From the human T2T-CHM13v2.0 reference genome, Homo sapiens: a stretch of 64,000 nucleotides of DNA. Shown here in pieces: positions 45,610 to 60,183 of the stretch. Positions within the stretch are counted from its first letter, which is position 1. Each line of letters starts with the position of its first letter. The notes below the pieces were generated by a model, which was not told the origin of the DNA, did no database searches, and saw nothing but the letters and a program-made list of their open reading frames with translations. The stretch lies in NCBI RefSeq assembly GCF_009914755.1, contig NC_060939.1. One strand, 5' to 3'. The translations under genes and the position numbers were made by a program.

Positions 45610-47593
45610 TTCAAGATCCTGCTGCTACATTGATAAAAGTTGGCTCAGAGATGATGGCATAGAGCTGGCAGGGAAAGCTGTATCTAGACTACTAAACACC
45701 TTGGCAGTGTGTAAAGGGGAATCAAATCTACCCAGAAACAAGGCACTTTTGCTATATACAAGTTGTAAGAAAAGAAGAAAAAATCCAACTATTTAGTTGA
45801 AATGTGAGGGAAAGGCCAGTAGAAGAGAATTCAGAATTTGGGGATGCTAGTCTCATTTATGTGATGGGGAAATTAGCCCCAGTAAAGCAGATCCGCCTGG
45901 CAAACCCCTTTCTCTGAATATGATCCTTCAACACAGGTGCACTCAATAAACTCAATATCTATGTCACATTAGAATCCCTCCACTTGTGTGAATCCAAGGT
46001 TAGAGCATGCCTAACAGGGTCCAGCAGAATCCCTGAATTGAGAGCACTGCTCAGGATGACATGTGTCAGAACAGGACACAAGTGCCACCAATCCTCTTTT
46101 CTACTTTCATGGCAGATGTCACCAGCTGATCACCACTTTTTCACTGATCCTAGATGCAACCACCAAATTCTTCTCATCACTCCACTCTGGGCAATCACCA
46201 GTCAATCAGAACAGGCACTTGAAATCTATTAATATGTACCCTCCCTGGGGCATGTAATACTAGGTATCAAGGCAATAAGATTTGCAAGCAACAAAAGGAC
46301 TCATTTTTAGGTGTGAAAGCAATTCAGTGACATGGGAAGCATTAGGGGCTGTAATAAAGTGGCTCCCAAACATTTGAAAATGAAGAAAATACAATTGGCC
46401 TCTTTACGATCAGCAGAAAATGAATGAAAACATGGATGTATATCCAAGGTTGTCTGAAAAATCTTGAGTGGCTCTTAGGCTATCATGGCTGCATTGTGCC
46501 CTGATTGATACAGATGAAGAAATAATGTATCTCTCAGATGGGGCACTGGCTGATCCTGGAGGCCTGGGAAAGAATGAGCCTTGGAACTGGATGGTGGAGA
46601 TGTTCATCCCTTCCTGGCTCTGGACAAGGGAGAGAGGAGGATTTAGGCAAAAGACATGGAGTATTTCTGAACCTGCTGAGAAGCCAGGAACCCTGTTGTT
46701 AGGCTTTCTTAGCTGGATGTCGTTGATTATTTGACTCTTCTAACATCCTTGCCCTGATTTCTTCCTCTTTAAGCAACTTTCACATTATGATCCAGCTTCC
46801 CACATGGACTAGCTCACTGAGAACAAATGCTTTGATGCTATGGCCTTTGAATAATGTGATTCTCTGTGTGCAATAATAAATTTCCTTTTGGTGCTAACTC
46901 CATTCTTATGGGTATTTTAATTATTGTGAGACCTTCTCCAGTCCTCTGCACTGATAAGCAGATGTCAGATGTCAGGGCCATTGGCAGGGAATCAGATCCA
47001 GCTGGCTTTCCCTTGGTGATACCAGTGCATCTTTCAAATACACATACTCAGAGTCCCCACATACTGACCATTGGTGCCCAGTGAGTGGGAACCAATGAGG
47101 ATTCATGTAAGAAGATTTAGGCAAGTGGGGACATTACTCTTTTCCCATTACAAACATCTAATATAGTATTATGTATTTTTTAATTAAGTAACTTTTATTA
47201 AGCATTTTTAATGTAGAAATCACTGTGCTAAACGTGGGTGAGCTCCTTTGCCTTCAAGGGAACTTATGCTTTATTGAGGTATGGAACAAACATGTACCCA
47301 AGTGTCTCAGGATGTGAAAAAATAAATACAAAGATCAGGAAGTTGGGGATTGACCCACTGGGTAAGGAAATGACCAACTACAAGAACAAACCGGGCTGCA
47401 AATCAAAGTTCCAAGCTGGCTGAAGAGGCTGGAAAGCATGACTCAATGGAGGAAGGCAACCAAGATTGTCGTGATGATTGGCAGAGTTGGAGAGCTGGAG
47501 TACAGACCACCACCTACCAGTCAACTTTGGAACATTGATGGATTCAATTTATTTTTCCAGGGTGTACATGGTTATTTACTAAGCACAGACCAT

Positions 47594-47761
47594 AATGGTG
47601 ATAACAGCGGTGGCTATGGTGTTGGTGATGGTGTTGGTGGTGTTGGTAATGATGTTGGTGATGGTGGCGTTGGTGATGGTGATGATGGTGATGGTGGTGG
47701 TGGTGATGGTGTTGGTGATGATGCTGGTGATGGGGGTGGTGATGGTGGTGGTGGTGGTGAC
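47594..47761. repeat. Degenerate (GGT/GAT/GTT)n trinucleotide repeat
   Basis: ggtgttggtgatggtg... tract of about 165 bp; it produces the poly-His/Thr/Val/Gly pseudo-ORFs in several frames. Confidence 0.92.
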
Positions 47762-49401
47762 AAAACCACCAGCACTCAAACCAACAGTTTACAAAGAACT
47801 TGCACATCCATTATGCATATGCATATACACTTGCATATTTCATGCTATGCATAATAATAAGCAGTAACCATCATATAGCCAATGAAAGGAGAAAGGAGGT
47901 AGAGCTGGACTTAAGCCAGTCTTTTCTCTATCCCCAAGGCTCCAGGACAGGTGCATCACCCTAAGCTCTCCCTCTGGGATGATGAGGGACAGCACACACT
48001 AAGGACATCTGGAGAAGGAGGTTTTAATTCTGAAGACCTTTGTCTACTGCAGAATTCATGGTCCACAGTTACAAAAATTAGCTCCTGGTTGTAGCTACTA
48101 ACTCCACAATAGAAAAGCTCTTCCTGCAGATGCCTAAAAGTGTTTTCTCTTTCCTCCTGGGCTTCCAACAGATCAACTCAAATGTCTAAACCAGTCCTGG
48201 AGGAGTGGGTGGCTTTTTTTATTTTAAATTTCCCTAAATTCTCTTGAGTAGGTTCTTCTCCTCTCTAAATTTAGTATCCAGCAATAAAGATCCATCATAG
48301 GGAAAACCTTGGCTTGTAACTTAAAATGGTTTAAAATTTCTGATATATAATTTCTACCTTATTCTTTTACATAGAATAATAGCCATCTATTGGGTGCCTA
48401 ATGGGTACTGGCAATTTGAATACTTATCTTATTTAATGTGCACAAAAGAAGAAATTGTTTTTTTTTCAGATGAGGAATCTAAGTCTTAGTGAATTTAAGT
48501 AAATTTCCTAAGGCCAAATAGCTCTCAGCAGAAGCTCAGTGATTCAATTGAATATCTGCCTGACTGCAATGTCAGTGGGTGCTCGGCCCATCTGCTCTTG
48601 GGCTATCAACTTTCCTACCTCCAACTTTGCTCTTAGGGATTAGCAAAGCCTAGAAAAAAACAACCGAGAGTAAAAACTGTGTTTGAAGTTCTGAATTTCA
48701 GATGCTTTGTATTGACCCAGTCTTCTGATTCCTCCTCCTCCTCCTCCTTCCGTTTAGACACTGACAGATCACAAAATCTTGGGCTATGAGGATTATGAGA
48801 GAAATACAATTCCCTACCAGGAGGAAGTCAAGGGAACACAACATTCTCTTTACTTGCAAATATCTTAATTACAGCTAGTAAAGAAGATATCTGTATGGAA
48901 ATTTATGTATCTTTTTATGTTATATATTCAGTTTGTCTCAGGAAAAAAAAAAAAAAGGCCTTTTGCACTTGAGGAAGGAAAAGGAGATCCTGTTATGACA
49001 CATCCGTAAGGGCCCTCCACAGGAGTAGAGAGACGTGAATGACTCAACACCAGATTCAATGGTCTCCTTCAGCCTTTTCCTCTCCTTTCCCGAGGACAGA
49101 ATCCAATATAAGCATGCTTCAACGTCTCAGAATTTTCTTATGGGGCATCTTCCCCGTCTTTTTTCCCCAGTATCAGTCCTCATGCCTGCACAACCTTCAA
49201 TGAGAGAAGAAAACAACTGGATTTCTAAACTGCAGAGAGAAGAGACTAAGTTTAGGAGATAACTAGAAACCACCCTCAGAAATAGGTTATTATTTTTTGG
49301 CAGGATTAGGGGGCTAAATATTTTTATTCCACTGGTTTCCCACCAGTCAAGATACAAACAATGCATAAAATATAACCAATTACCTATGAAAAGCACAAGG
49401 C

Positions 49402-49697
49402 TTTTTTTTTTTTTAGACAGAGTCTCACTCTATCACTCAGGGTGGAGTGCGGTGGTGTGATCTCGGCTCACTGCAACCTCTGCCTTCTGGGTTCAAGTGA
49501 TTCTCCTGCCTCAGCCTCCCCAAGCATGTGGGACTACAGGTATGCACCACCATGCCCAGCTAATTTTTCATATTTTCAGTAGAGACAAGGTTTTGCCATG
49601 TTGGCCAAGCTGGTCTCGAGCTCCTAACCTCAAGTGATCCCCCCGCCTGGGCCACCCAAAGTGCTGGGATTACAGATACAAACCACCGCACCTGGCC
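49402..49697 (-). mobile_element. AluS (Sx/Sz-like)
   Basis: Poly-T, full dimer, acctcaagtgatcc. Confidence 0.9.
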
Positions 49698-50187
49698 ACA
49701 GGGCCATTTTGGTCACATTGAGGTTCTTCTTAGTTTTTCTGAGTCTTATAATGTCTGTTTTATAACATAAACCACATTTATCTCCACTAAGGACATAGGA
49801 TGAAACATACTTACCTTGTAGCAGGTAGGATTCTCGCTAGACACAACTGAGAACTTCCCACTTCTAAAGAATGTTAATAATTAGAAAGAAAAAGACAAAT
49901 CTCTCACTGAAAATAGCTTCCCTCTCCCACAGCTGAAAGGAATAAGGAAGGAAACCTGTGGAATCCCAGAAGATGCACTGGAATAGAGTGAGCAAACCAT
50001 CTGTCTGGGATGATTTTGATGCTATTCTGCCTGGTCCCTCAAGGGTGAAATAGATGACATTTAAGGCTCCTTCCAGCTATATATTTCTTTAAAATTGAAT
50101 GATTTGGCATCTGCTCCGTTGTTTCTAACACTTTAAGGATGCAGAATGGACTTGGTGGCCTAAAAGATGCAATTTAAAAATCCATCC

Positions 50188-50598
50188 TGGTTTATTTAGG
50201 TATTTGTCACCTCCAAATCTCATGTGGAAATCTGATCCCCAGTGTTGGAGGTGGGGCCTGGTGAGAGGCGTTTGAATCATGGGGGTGGATCCCTGAGGGA
50301 ATGGCCTGGTGCCATTCTCCAGGTAGTAAGTGAGTTATTCATCTTAGTTCCCATGAGATCTAGTCATTAAAGAGTCTGGCACCACTCCTTCCTCTCTCTC
50401 TTGCTCCCTCCCTCACCATGTGACACTCCTGCTCCTCCTTTGCCATGATTGGAAGCTTCCTGAGGTCCTTACCAGAAGCAGATGCTGGCACCATGCTTCT
50501 TGCACAGTCTTCAGAGATATGAGCCAATCAAATCTCTTTTCTTTATAAATTACATAGCCACAAGTGTTTTTTATAGCACCTCAAAATGGATGAAGACA
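50188..50598 (+). mobile_element. MaLR solo LTR (MSTB-like)
   Basis: ccaaatctcatgtggaaa...ttggaggtggggcctgg...agaagcagatgctggcaccatgctt...gaagaca; perfect TSD catcc. Confidence 0.87.
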
Positions 50599-53529
50599 CA
50601 TCCTGACCCTCCATTTCACTGTTTTTTTGTGTTTTTTTTGTTTTTTATTTGTTTGTTTGTTTTCATAGTTGCCCCTTACAAACTGCAAGTGGCTTTGAGC
50701 CTGTGGGACCAGCCAGTCTCCAGTTCGTAGTCCTGAGCCCATGGATTCTAATGGCTTCTCTTCCATACTCTATGGCTACCACTGTGGCACAGGATCTCAC
50801 TGCCTCTTTCCTGGGCCAGTGCGATGGCCTGCCTTTATGGTCTTAGTTTCCAGCAATCTATCCCACATGCCACTGCCTTATGAATTGTCCTTACACATGA
50901 CCTGATTCACACCTCAACAGATGACAAATCCTCTGTGACTGTCCATTGACTACCTAAGCCAAAATAGTTGGCCTTTCAAAAGCTGCCATGGTGGTCTTTC
51001 CTTTACTAACATTTCTTTCCATGCATCTTCCATAGATCCTTAGTTTCGGCCAGTTGAATCACACACCGTTCTAGATCATTCTTCTGGTTTCCTTACCTCC
51101 AACCTTCCTCCATGACTTTGCTCATGCTAACCTCTCTGATGGAGATATCTTCCTAAAATTTAATCCAGACTGCCAACCAACCCCTCAAGACCCATGCCAT
51201 TCCTCTACTTAGATAAGCTTTAGACATTCTTAACTGCCTTTTATACAATTTGCCTCCCTTTGGCTTATGATAGAGCAACACATTTTTATCTGTTCTTATA
51301 TTCCCTATGAGATTTTTATTTCCTTGTGTTCTATTCATCTTAGCACATGGACAAGGAATTGAATTGAATCCCATCCCTCACACATGGATCTTGCGAATGG
51401 CTAGGGAATGTGGTATGAGGGTAGGAAATAAACCAACATGGACAGGGTTAGCAAATGTGCAAATGTGTTTGGAAACTAAGCATCTAATTTAACCTCATGA
51501 GAGGGAAGTGTTAACTAGAGTTGAGGTTAAGAACACTGATCTAAAGACAATGTCATCAAAGAAACCGAGTGACTGAACTGGGACTCAGTTCTTTCAGTCC
51601 CAGTCCAGGAAAAAAAGCAGTAAAGCCATGGATGTATCTAAAAAGGAAACTTGAGTACATCCCACAAACTCTCAACCTAGTTTCCATGCAGTGGCAGACA
51701 ATAATGCTATTGGTGTGGCCAGTACTTGTGAAAAGATGAAAAGCCTCACAACAGTGTAGAAGAAAGATGAGAAATGTCCACTTTACAAATGAGAAACTCA
51801 GGTCCTGGGCAAGAAAGGGATCTGTTCCATGTCAGGAGTCATGGCAGAGAGACTGAATCTAGGCTTCTTGGCTTCTACTCCTGCATTCTAGTTCCCACAT
51901 CTGTCACTGGCTGCCAAGAGCCCAAAAACAAAAATGGGAGGGCACTTCCCAGGACTAATATCCTCAGGCCACTGCAGGGAGAATTCACAAAATAACTTCA
52001 TCACTTCATTGTTAGAGCCCGGTTCTTTGCACCTCAACCTCCTGGTCATCATGCCCTCTCCACGTCATCTTCTCTCCAGATTGCCGGAGTGTCCCAGGGT
52101 GGAAAATACCAGATTCTTTTCTGTATTCAGTTCTATACTTTTCAGAATACCTGAGTTGCAGGTAGATGTCCCCAACATTACCACCATATTGAAATAAAGT
52201 ATAAAATGCTCTAGAAAGGGTGGAGGTATAGGAGTGCAAAGATGATAGCAATAATTAGATAATCCTCATCCTTGGAAAAATACAAAGAAATTCTGTTCAG
52301 GTAATTCTTCTACCCACCAGGGTGAATCTTGGACAATTATCCTCAATATCTCAAAGAAGAAGAAGAGGGTGGAGCAGAAATTAAACTTCAGTCACTAAAC
52401 TAGATCCAGGTAATGTAGAAGAGTCTGCTTCAAAACTGGAGTTTGTTTTTTTATTTTATCAGGAAGGAAAAAACGGGGCTGAGATGTGGAAGAGCTATGG
52501 TCTAGGGTCAAAGCAACAGTACAGACTGGTTAAGACAACTTTGACGTTATTATTCTACCTTTGGCCATGTCCCCCTCCTATCCTAAAAAAATCAAGTCTT
52601 CTTCTCACTTATTATTACACACAGAACTTAGTTCAACAGAAGGCAAAACCCCAAAGAGATCATATGGCTGGAATCCAAACTCCAGATTTTAGAGATGAAA
52701 GTGAAATCTCTGATTTGGAACCTGGACACAGAACTGACACTGAGACCAAGATGTCCTAAATCTCAGCCCTGTCCCTCAACAGACTTTTGTATTCCAAAGT
52801 GACTGATATTTTGTAGATAATTAGTGTGCAGATCCACTGGCTTTAATCAAGGAAATAAGGTTGTAATACTTATAATTAGCATAAATGTATCCCACACACC
52901 TCCTTCTGTGTTCATTCCCTCAGCAGCTCTGTACAACTTAATAGGTCTTAGCATTTAAGTTGTTTTTCAAAATTCACCTGAGATGTGCATATCACGACAC
53001 CCAGTCCTACAGCAGATGCTCAGGTAACTAAAGCTCTGAGCCCCACTTGGAAGTCTCTCCAGTCTGTGGCCACGTCTCCTGATTAGCACAAAGCACCCTC
53101 TCCCAAAGCTGAAGAAGAGAACAAACGCATGGTTTAGGGCTGGGAATTTAAGAAGATCCCATACCTTCCTCTAGACTCCTAAACTCCAGCAGAGAACAGT
53201 AACTCCAGCCCTGTCCACTTGCTATATGAAGACGGCTGCCCCAGACTGCACAGTTCTAAAAGATTCTTGTAAGAATCTGGAGTTATAATTTGCTCACAAA
53301 ATAGGGTTTCTCAGCACCTCTGGGACTGGTTTTGCAGGAGGGGGTCTTATAGCCCACCTATCTCTGTTGCAGAAAATTGAACCATGGAATCCTGGAGGCT
53401 CCTAAGGGTGCATCGAGGGCATAGGGTATCAAAGGAGAGACTGTGGGCAATGGGGGATCCATCCCCTCACCCCTGCTTTGACCACGGTAGTTCCACTGCC
53501 CTTAAGTAAGATTGGTTTGGTATCGCAGA

Positions 53530-53768
53530 GTGAATCCTGAGACAGTAAAATGTGCATTAGTGGAAAAGCTGGTAAAATCCAAACAAAGGCTGTAGTTTAG
53601 TTAATAATTTGTGTCACTGTTAATTTCTTATTTTTTGCCAAGGTACCCTGGTTCCATACGATGCCAACAGGAGGAAAAACTGAGTGAAGGATATATGGGA
53701 ATTCTCTACACTATTTTTGCAACTTTTCTGTACATCTAAAATTACTCTCAAATAAAATTTTGTTATAA
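53530..53768 (+). mobile_element. Old L1 (L1ME/MD-like) 3' terminal fragment
   Basis: tgtagtttagttaata...gggaattctctacactatttttgcaacttttctgtacatctaaaatta...aataaaa. Confidence 0.7.
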
Positions 53769-55809
53769 AAATTTGGGAAAACCACTTCCTCGGGAATGGA
53801 ATACAACGCTCCTCCATTGTTCTCCTCTATATAAATAGGACGATGGTTAAAGAATGATTACGATATTTCAAAAACAGCAAAGGAAGAATCAAACACAATA
53901 AACAGAGTCTGGTCACTGGACAACCAGTACAAGAACCTCATCTCCTGACAGCCAGCATCACTTCTTCATTGGTGCCTGGGTCTACTTAGGAGTACCTAAT
54001 GGCTAAAACCAAAGGGACAAATCTGGATAAGCCCTCTCCAAACAGGGTCAGCATCCCTCAAGAACCAGTATGCCTAGCTGCTAATCCTTTATCACCAGTT
54101 AAGCTAGGGGTCAAGCCTCCCTACTCCTGGCCTCAGAGGAAGGAACTATATGATTCTGAGTGTAGCTGGCAACTGCTTGCCTATGTGGACATGAATAGAC
54201 TTGAGATGGACCCCTTCCTCTTTGCACTGTTTCAGGCTTCCAACTACAGGGACACCTTATTGGAGTAACAGGTCTAATGCAGAGAGCTCTCCAGTCTTAA
54301 TCTCACCTCTTGGGAGAAAAAGCTTGTCTGATTTTGGGGACTGCGCATGGGGCCACAACCCCTTCCCTTTTCTGATGAGTATCTTCTCCCTACAAAGAGG
54401 AGCAATGAGCAGCAAAACTTCTGCCTCTGCAGAGCAAAGTCTGCAATATTTCCAGGCTGCTATGACTGAGCTGGAATGCCTAATCTTGCTATAAAGATTA
54501 GGGGACTTGGTATTAAAAAAAAAAAAAACTATTGTTGCTGCACACTGAAATCACCATCAGTAAGAATTCTATCATTATTCAAGTGTACTTTATAATCTTC
54601 ATCTGCCTGGCTTCTCAGCCTCAGTGGGCTCAAACACATCATCTGGGCAGAGAAGAGAGGTACCACTTATTAAATGAGATTCCCAAAGTTCCAACGAAGA
54701 GCAGAAAGCATGGTGGAACCCTGTGATCCTAAAAGTCAATTGCCTCAAATTACCATCATTAGCTTTTGTTTTTACCTTTAAAATTACCTAAAACCAAGTT
54801 ATCTCACAGACCACTGGCTCTCTTCAGTACACTGCCAACCACTTGACTTTCATCTGAGAGTTTCTCCCGACTTGAAGGCAAGAACTCACTGGTCAAAAAG
54901 ACTTAGAGGAGCCTCAGGCTCTCAGCTCTGGTGACTGAGTAATCAGTCAATGTTCTTGTTGATCATAAAACTGGAAGGCACCTTAGAGAGCATCTGATAA
55001 AGCCTCAGCTTTGCTGCACCTCAGGTCCTCCCATTAAACTAATGAGGGGGCTGCCCTCCAGAGCTCTCATATTGTTACAGTCCCTGGATCTCTGTCTTGT
55101 TCTCTCAGGACTGACATGCTGGGAAATTCATTTCAGTAAAGTCAATGGGCCATAAATATCTTTAGGATCCTCTTAAAAGCCCTGAACCGTCAAAAAACAA
55201 AAAATGAAATACAACACCCCACTCAATATTACTCATATAATTTTAGGAAGTCTTAGAGTTTCTGAAGCCCATCCTTTGACCTGCTGATGGAAAACAATAC
55301 AGGCTTTTAGTCAAGGATGTAACCCTTCTTTAGAAAATACTGGACGGCTTCAGTTAGAATTTTGACATACTCTGGATTCCTCCTTTACTACCATGGATTT
55401 GGAATAGAAGTTGCTCTAATTTGTATTTCTTCCCTGTTTTTCTTCTAGATGTGTTTTCTTATCTATTAACTTACATTCCCTTTGATTTGGAACATTGTTT
55501 CTTTCCCCCACCCAATTCATAGGATGTAGTTTCTTGAATTTACTCTTCTGCTTTCCTGGAGGATGAATCAAAGCACCAAGATGGCAGGTGGGACCAAGCT
55601 CTTCCATTGCTTACAAAAGCATGGGACACCAAGAGTTTGCAAGGAGAATAGAAAAGGGGATCTTGCAAAATAACTCTCTCCACATTCAGAGTAGCAATAC
55701 AAAGTAAGAATGGCTTGGCCTATCTTTCCTGATAAATCAGTGGATATGGGATGATTTCCTGCTGGGATGGAATGTGGAAAAACAATGTAGTTTTTCTTCA
55801 TCCTTAACT

Positions 55810-56247
55810 CTGGCAGAGATTGCCAGCTATGAAGTACAATTCATGTTTTTTCTCTTCTATGTGGGACACAGCTATGTTCCATTTCTCAGCCACCTTTTTA
55901 AATAGGAAGGTCATATAACTGGGTTCTTGCCATGAAAGAAAGTGATTAGTCCCCACTTTCAGGCCAGGTCTATTAACAACATCCCACACACATTCCTTCA
56001 TGCCAGTTTCTCCTTTTAGCTGGTTGGGACATAGATAGATGCCTAGCATGACCAAGGAAGGACCCCACACAAGGAAAAGGGTAGAGCTCCATGAGCCTGA
56101 ATGATGGTGTAGCAGAGGACTACTCCTCCAGTGAATTCACCTACTCATACTGTTAGATGACCTAGAAATGAGCTTCTATTTGTGTTGGAACCATTATATA
56201 TCTGAGTATCTATTTGATACAGCAGTTGGCCTACCTTAACTAATATA
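55810..56247 (+). mobile_element. Old MaLR LTR (MLT1J/K-like)
   Basis: tggcagagattgccag...catttctcagccacc...gatacagcagttggcctaccttaactaatata. Confidence 0.5.
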
Positions 56248-56308
56248 TCTAGGTAAGCCTTGTCCATTTTGGAATTGGAGAAAGCATTCATATTTTAGCT
56301 CCAATAAT

Positions 56309-56686
56309 TGCTAGGGTTTGAAAGTGTCCTCCAAAGATCCTCTGTTGAAAACTTAACCCCAATGCAACAGTGTTGAGAGGTGAGACCTCTAACAGGTGAT
56401 TAATCATGAGAGCTCTGCTCTCATGAATGGATTAATGTTGTTATCATGAGAGTGGGTTTGTTATCACAAGAGCGGGTTTACTATAAAAGCAAGTTTGGCC
56501 CATTCTTGGTCTTTTGCCATGTGATGTCTTCTGCCATGTTATGACACAGCAAGAAGGCCCTCACCAGATGAGGCCCCTCGATCTTGAACTGCCTAGCCTC
56601 CAGAACCATAAGAAATAAATCTCTTTCTTTAATAAATTACCCATTCTGTGGTATTCTGTTGTAGCAACACAGAACAGACTAAGACA
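56309..56686 (+). mobile_element. MaLR solo LTR (MSTD-like)
   Basis: tgctagggtttgaaagtgtcctcc...ctcatgaatggattaat...cagactaagaca; perfect TSD ataat. Confidence 0.87.
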
Positions 56687-56699
56687 ATAATTAATATTT

Positions 56700-56900
56700 A
56701 TTATTTATCATCCTAAGAGCTTTATATTTCTTAACTCTTAGTCCTTACAGAAAATGCGTGTGATAGGGGATGTTGGCTCCATTTTACAGTTGAAGACACA
56801 GAAAGGGCAAGTAACTTGCCGAAGGTCATACAGTCAGGAATTATAGGAGCAGAGATCAAACCAAGGCAGTGTGGGTCCAAGAGCTTACAACTTTTCATCT
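56700..56900 (-). mobile_element. MIR (representative; further MIR remnants near 10.75, 20.0, 33.1, 38.8, 45.0-45.3, 48.4, 58.7 and 62.5 kb)
   Basis: MIR core ccattttacagttgaagacacaga...aagtaacttgccgaaggtcatacag. Confidence 0.65.
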
Positions 56901-58073
56901 GCTATGGGGACACCAAGACATCCATAAAATCAAATATTCTTCCAGTAAGGTTGGCTTGTTCTAAATGATTCCCACTTCCTAAGGATTACTGTTACTGTCT
57001 TTCTAGGAGTTTCTGGGAACCCTGACCCAGAATCTCCAGCTTAGAATCCAGTGCCTTACTACCTGCTGCCAGACCTGTTTATGACCCACACCTGTGTGTC
57101 ATAAACACACAGGATTTTAGCATACTTACCCCATCATGTCCTAGACACTCTGTTCTGTCTCCTACCAGAACCTGAAGTGGGTCATCCTTGACTCAGACTA
57201 TCACTCGTTTGCCTCTTCTGAACATTCTCCCAGGATAATGCACTGCTTGATTAGATAAGACTTGCTCCTGCTGCCTGCAGCTGCATTCCACATCATCTCC
57301 AAAGGCTCACCTCCCCTAAGTGAGCATCTGGTTATCTGTCTAGGTTTCTCTTGGTCTGGAATGACCTATTTCCTAATTCTAAATTCCCTTTCTGACTTCA
57401 CTCATTCATACTTTTATTAGGTGCCTAACAAGTGCCAGGTACTGTCACACAGGACAGCACACAGGCACACAGGACAGCAGGATGAACAGAAAGGAACACT
57501 CCTGGAGCTCTACATTAGTAGGATCCCATTCCCCCCTCATTCCATTCCTCCCTGATCTCAGTGTATTGACTCCTCTCCCCAAATCAAAACATCTGAAAAC
57601 ATCTGTATTCTGAAATCTCAACCTTCTCCCCTTCAGGACATTCAAAACTTTAATACTAGATTTGACTATCAATCTCTTAGTGTTCTCTGATGTTCTTAGA
57701 AAGATATAATGGTACCCAAAGCCTACCCTTGTCAAAGCCAGTGTAAAGGTAATCTTGGAAGCATTGAGTCAGTGATTCACAGAAGGAAAAGGTGTTTGTC
57801 ATTGTGAATGTCTTAAGAAGAGAGAACAAATCGCTCTGGTGTTCTGGTGTGGGAACATTTGTTTTCTCTCTCTAAATGTGTAACAGGAAATTAGGCAGTT
57901 CACCTTTGTAAATCGTCTGTATACCACTTATGTATGAGCCAGATGGTGCCTCTTCGTTTTAACAAATTAAAAATGAAAAAGAAAGACTATAAGGAGGAGT
58001 TTATCTCCATCTCTCCCCATGCCCTTATATGCACATTCTGGAATCTGCACTGGGCAGGCAAGCACACGTGTAT

Positions 58074-58075
<2 letters not shown>

Positions 58076-58116
<41 letters not shown>
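58076..58116. repeat. (CA)n microsatellite
   Basis: Direct reading. Confidence 0.95.
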
Positions 58117-58118
<2 letters not shown>

Positions 58119-60183
58119 CCTGGATTATCTGCACTTAGTGGTGTTAGGCATAAGAAGCCAACAAACTCTTAGGCCCAAATGAGTTCAGTAATCAGTGATA
58201 GCAGAGAGGTACAAACCTGTCCGGGGGTATCAGCTCATAGAGAGAATCCTTCACAGTATTCTCGCGATCTGACAAATCAGAGCATTCCTCCAAGGCCTTA
58301 GCCGATGTATACTGAACAAAAAAGTTTTACACAAATCACCCAAATGCGGACTTAGCTCTAGGATTCATGAGCAGTATTTCCATACATGTTGAAACCTTAA
58401 GAAAGACATTTTCCTGAGGTGGTCAATGTAAAGATTCTACTCCTTTGGAGCAGCTGCATGATCCAGTTTATCTTCTAGTGGTCACGGAGTCCCTCTCTCT
58501 GTCCCAGGAATTGCATATGGAAATAAAATTATCCACAGAGTTGTCTTGGCTTGGATGTGAGGGGGACTAGTAAGATAATATAAACAGGAGTTTATCCAGT
58601 AAGTATTGTACTACAAGCTCTTTATACAAATTAACTTGCTTAACATCAACACAACTCTGTTGAGTGAATATTTTTGTTCTCACTTTAACAATAGAAAAAT
58701 TGAACAGAGGTTAGAGGAAAATGCATTCAGGTTACATGGTTGCTAATGGTGGTTGCACATTAGGATGTGAACACAGGTAAGATTAGGCCTAAATCCAAGA
58801 ATTCCATTGTCATTCCAATGTCTTCCAATATGGATAATAAGACTTCAGGGTTCATTTTGATGTGACTTCAGGCAAATCTACTTCTGCCTTTCATTTTACA
58901 GAAAAGTAGGGAATGAGGAGTGGTGTATACATTAGGACACTGTGAGTAAGTGAACATGAAGATATGCCACAAGCTGGTCTTTAAATGTCTCATCAGTAGA
59001 ATACACAGATTTCCAATGGTGTGCTGTGTATTTACTGTAAGAGTTATCCTTTTTTGTTCAAACTTCCTTGGGACCAAAAACATACATTTCGAGCTAGCTG
59101 GCCTTGGCTAACATCGCCCTTAGAACTCATGAAGAAGGAATTGAGGTTACCTGTAGTGTGTACATTTTCCCACCTCACTCTCCCTTCCTTAAATTCTAAT
59201 CTACCCTGGCACCTACAGAAATTAGATAGATGTATTCCTTGTAGCCCTTTTAGGCATAAAGAGCAACAGTTCACAGTTATTAAGGCAAGGACAAAGAAAT
59301 ATCAATTGGGGATGTGATCTTTTTATTTTTTGTTTTTCCTCTTTTAAACTAGTTTCAATAAATATTAACAGCACATCTAGAAGCAAGTTTGAAGGGCCAG
59401 TTAGCACATTCTGGTCAGACATAGTTTCCTGAGACTCCAGTGAAGTCAGTAGTTATCAGCTTGGCATAATCAAACATCTGCCTTTCACAGAGAAAAACAA
59501 TGAGCCATCCCTTGTTTTCATCAACACCTACATAGATCTGAGCACAGTCAGACAGACCAGCAAACCCCATTAAACAAAGTGGAAAGGCAATTAAATGATG
59601 CCAGCTCCAGCCCCACTCTAAGAAATCTATGACCCATCCCCCTCTTAGTAACCACACCAATGCCTCTCTTGGAAATGAATAAAAAATATGGTCTAGACAC
59701 TAAAGAAAGACTCCTCTTTGATATTTTCTGGCAGGTCTGCCCTGGCCATCGGTCTATGACTACTGCCACATCATGTCTCCTTTTCCATACCTGGGAATAC
59801 TGGATAGGACAGGTGGCTAGTGAGGCTACCCAGCTTGCTGTGGACACTGTATGCTTTGTCTTATATTCTCTCACAACGGTACATCATCTGCCATTCTTTG
59901 GTTGCACAACAAACAAGTCATTTTCTAACAACCAAGGTCATTTCTCAAACATTCCATTTTTCTCCAACCTATTGCTAAAATGAAGTATCTTGACTGATCT
60001 GTTTTAACGTCTGAGTGATCTCATTTAGGCCATCAGGAACATCAAGATAGAACTGACCTGCACACACCTCAAATTCCCAGCCTCTGGTCCACTATGCTCA
60101 GGTCAACAGGACAATCATATCTATTTGACTCACGGTATGATCACTCATTTCTCCAAAGATGAGACAATTGGCTGCCATGATCC

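Noticed and set aside
47438-47867. Poly-His, poly-Thr/Ile, poly-Val/Met and Gly/Asp-rich ORFs
   Set aside because: All are frames of one stop-free trinucleotide repeat, not a gene.
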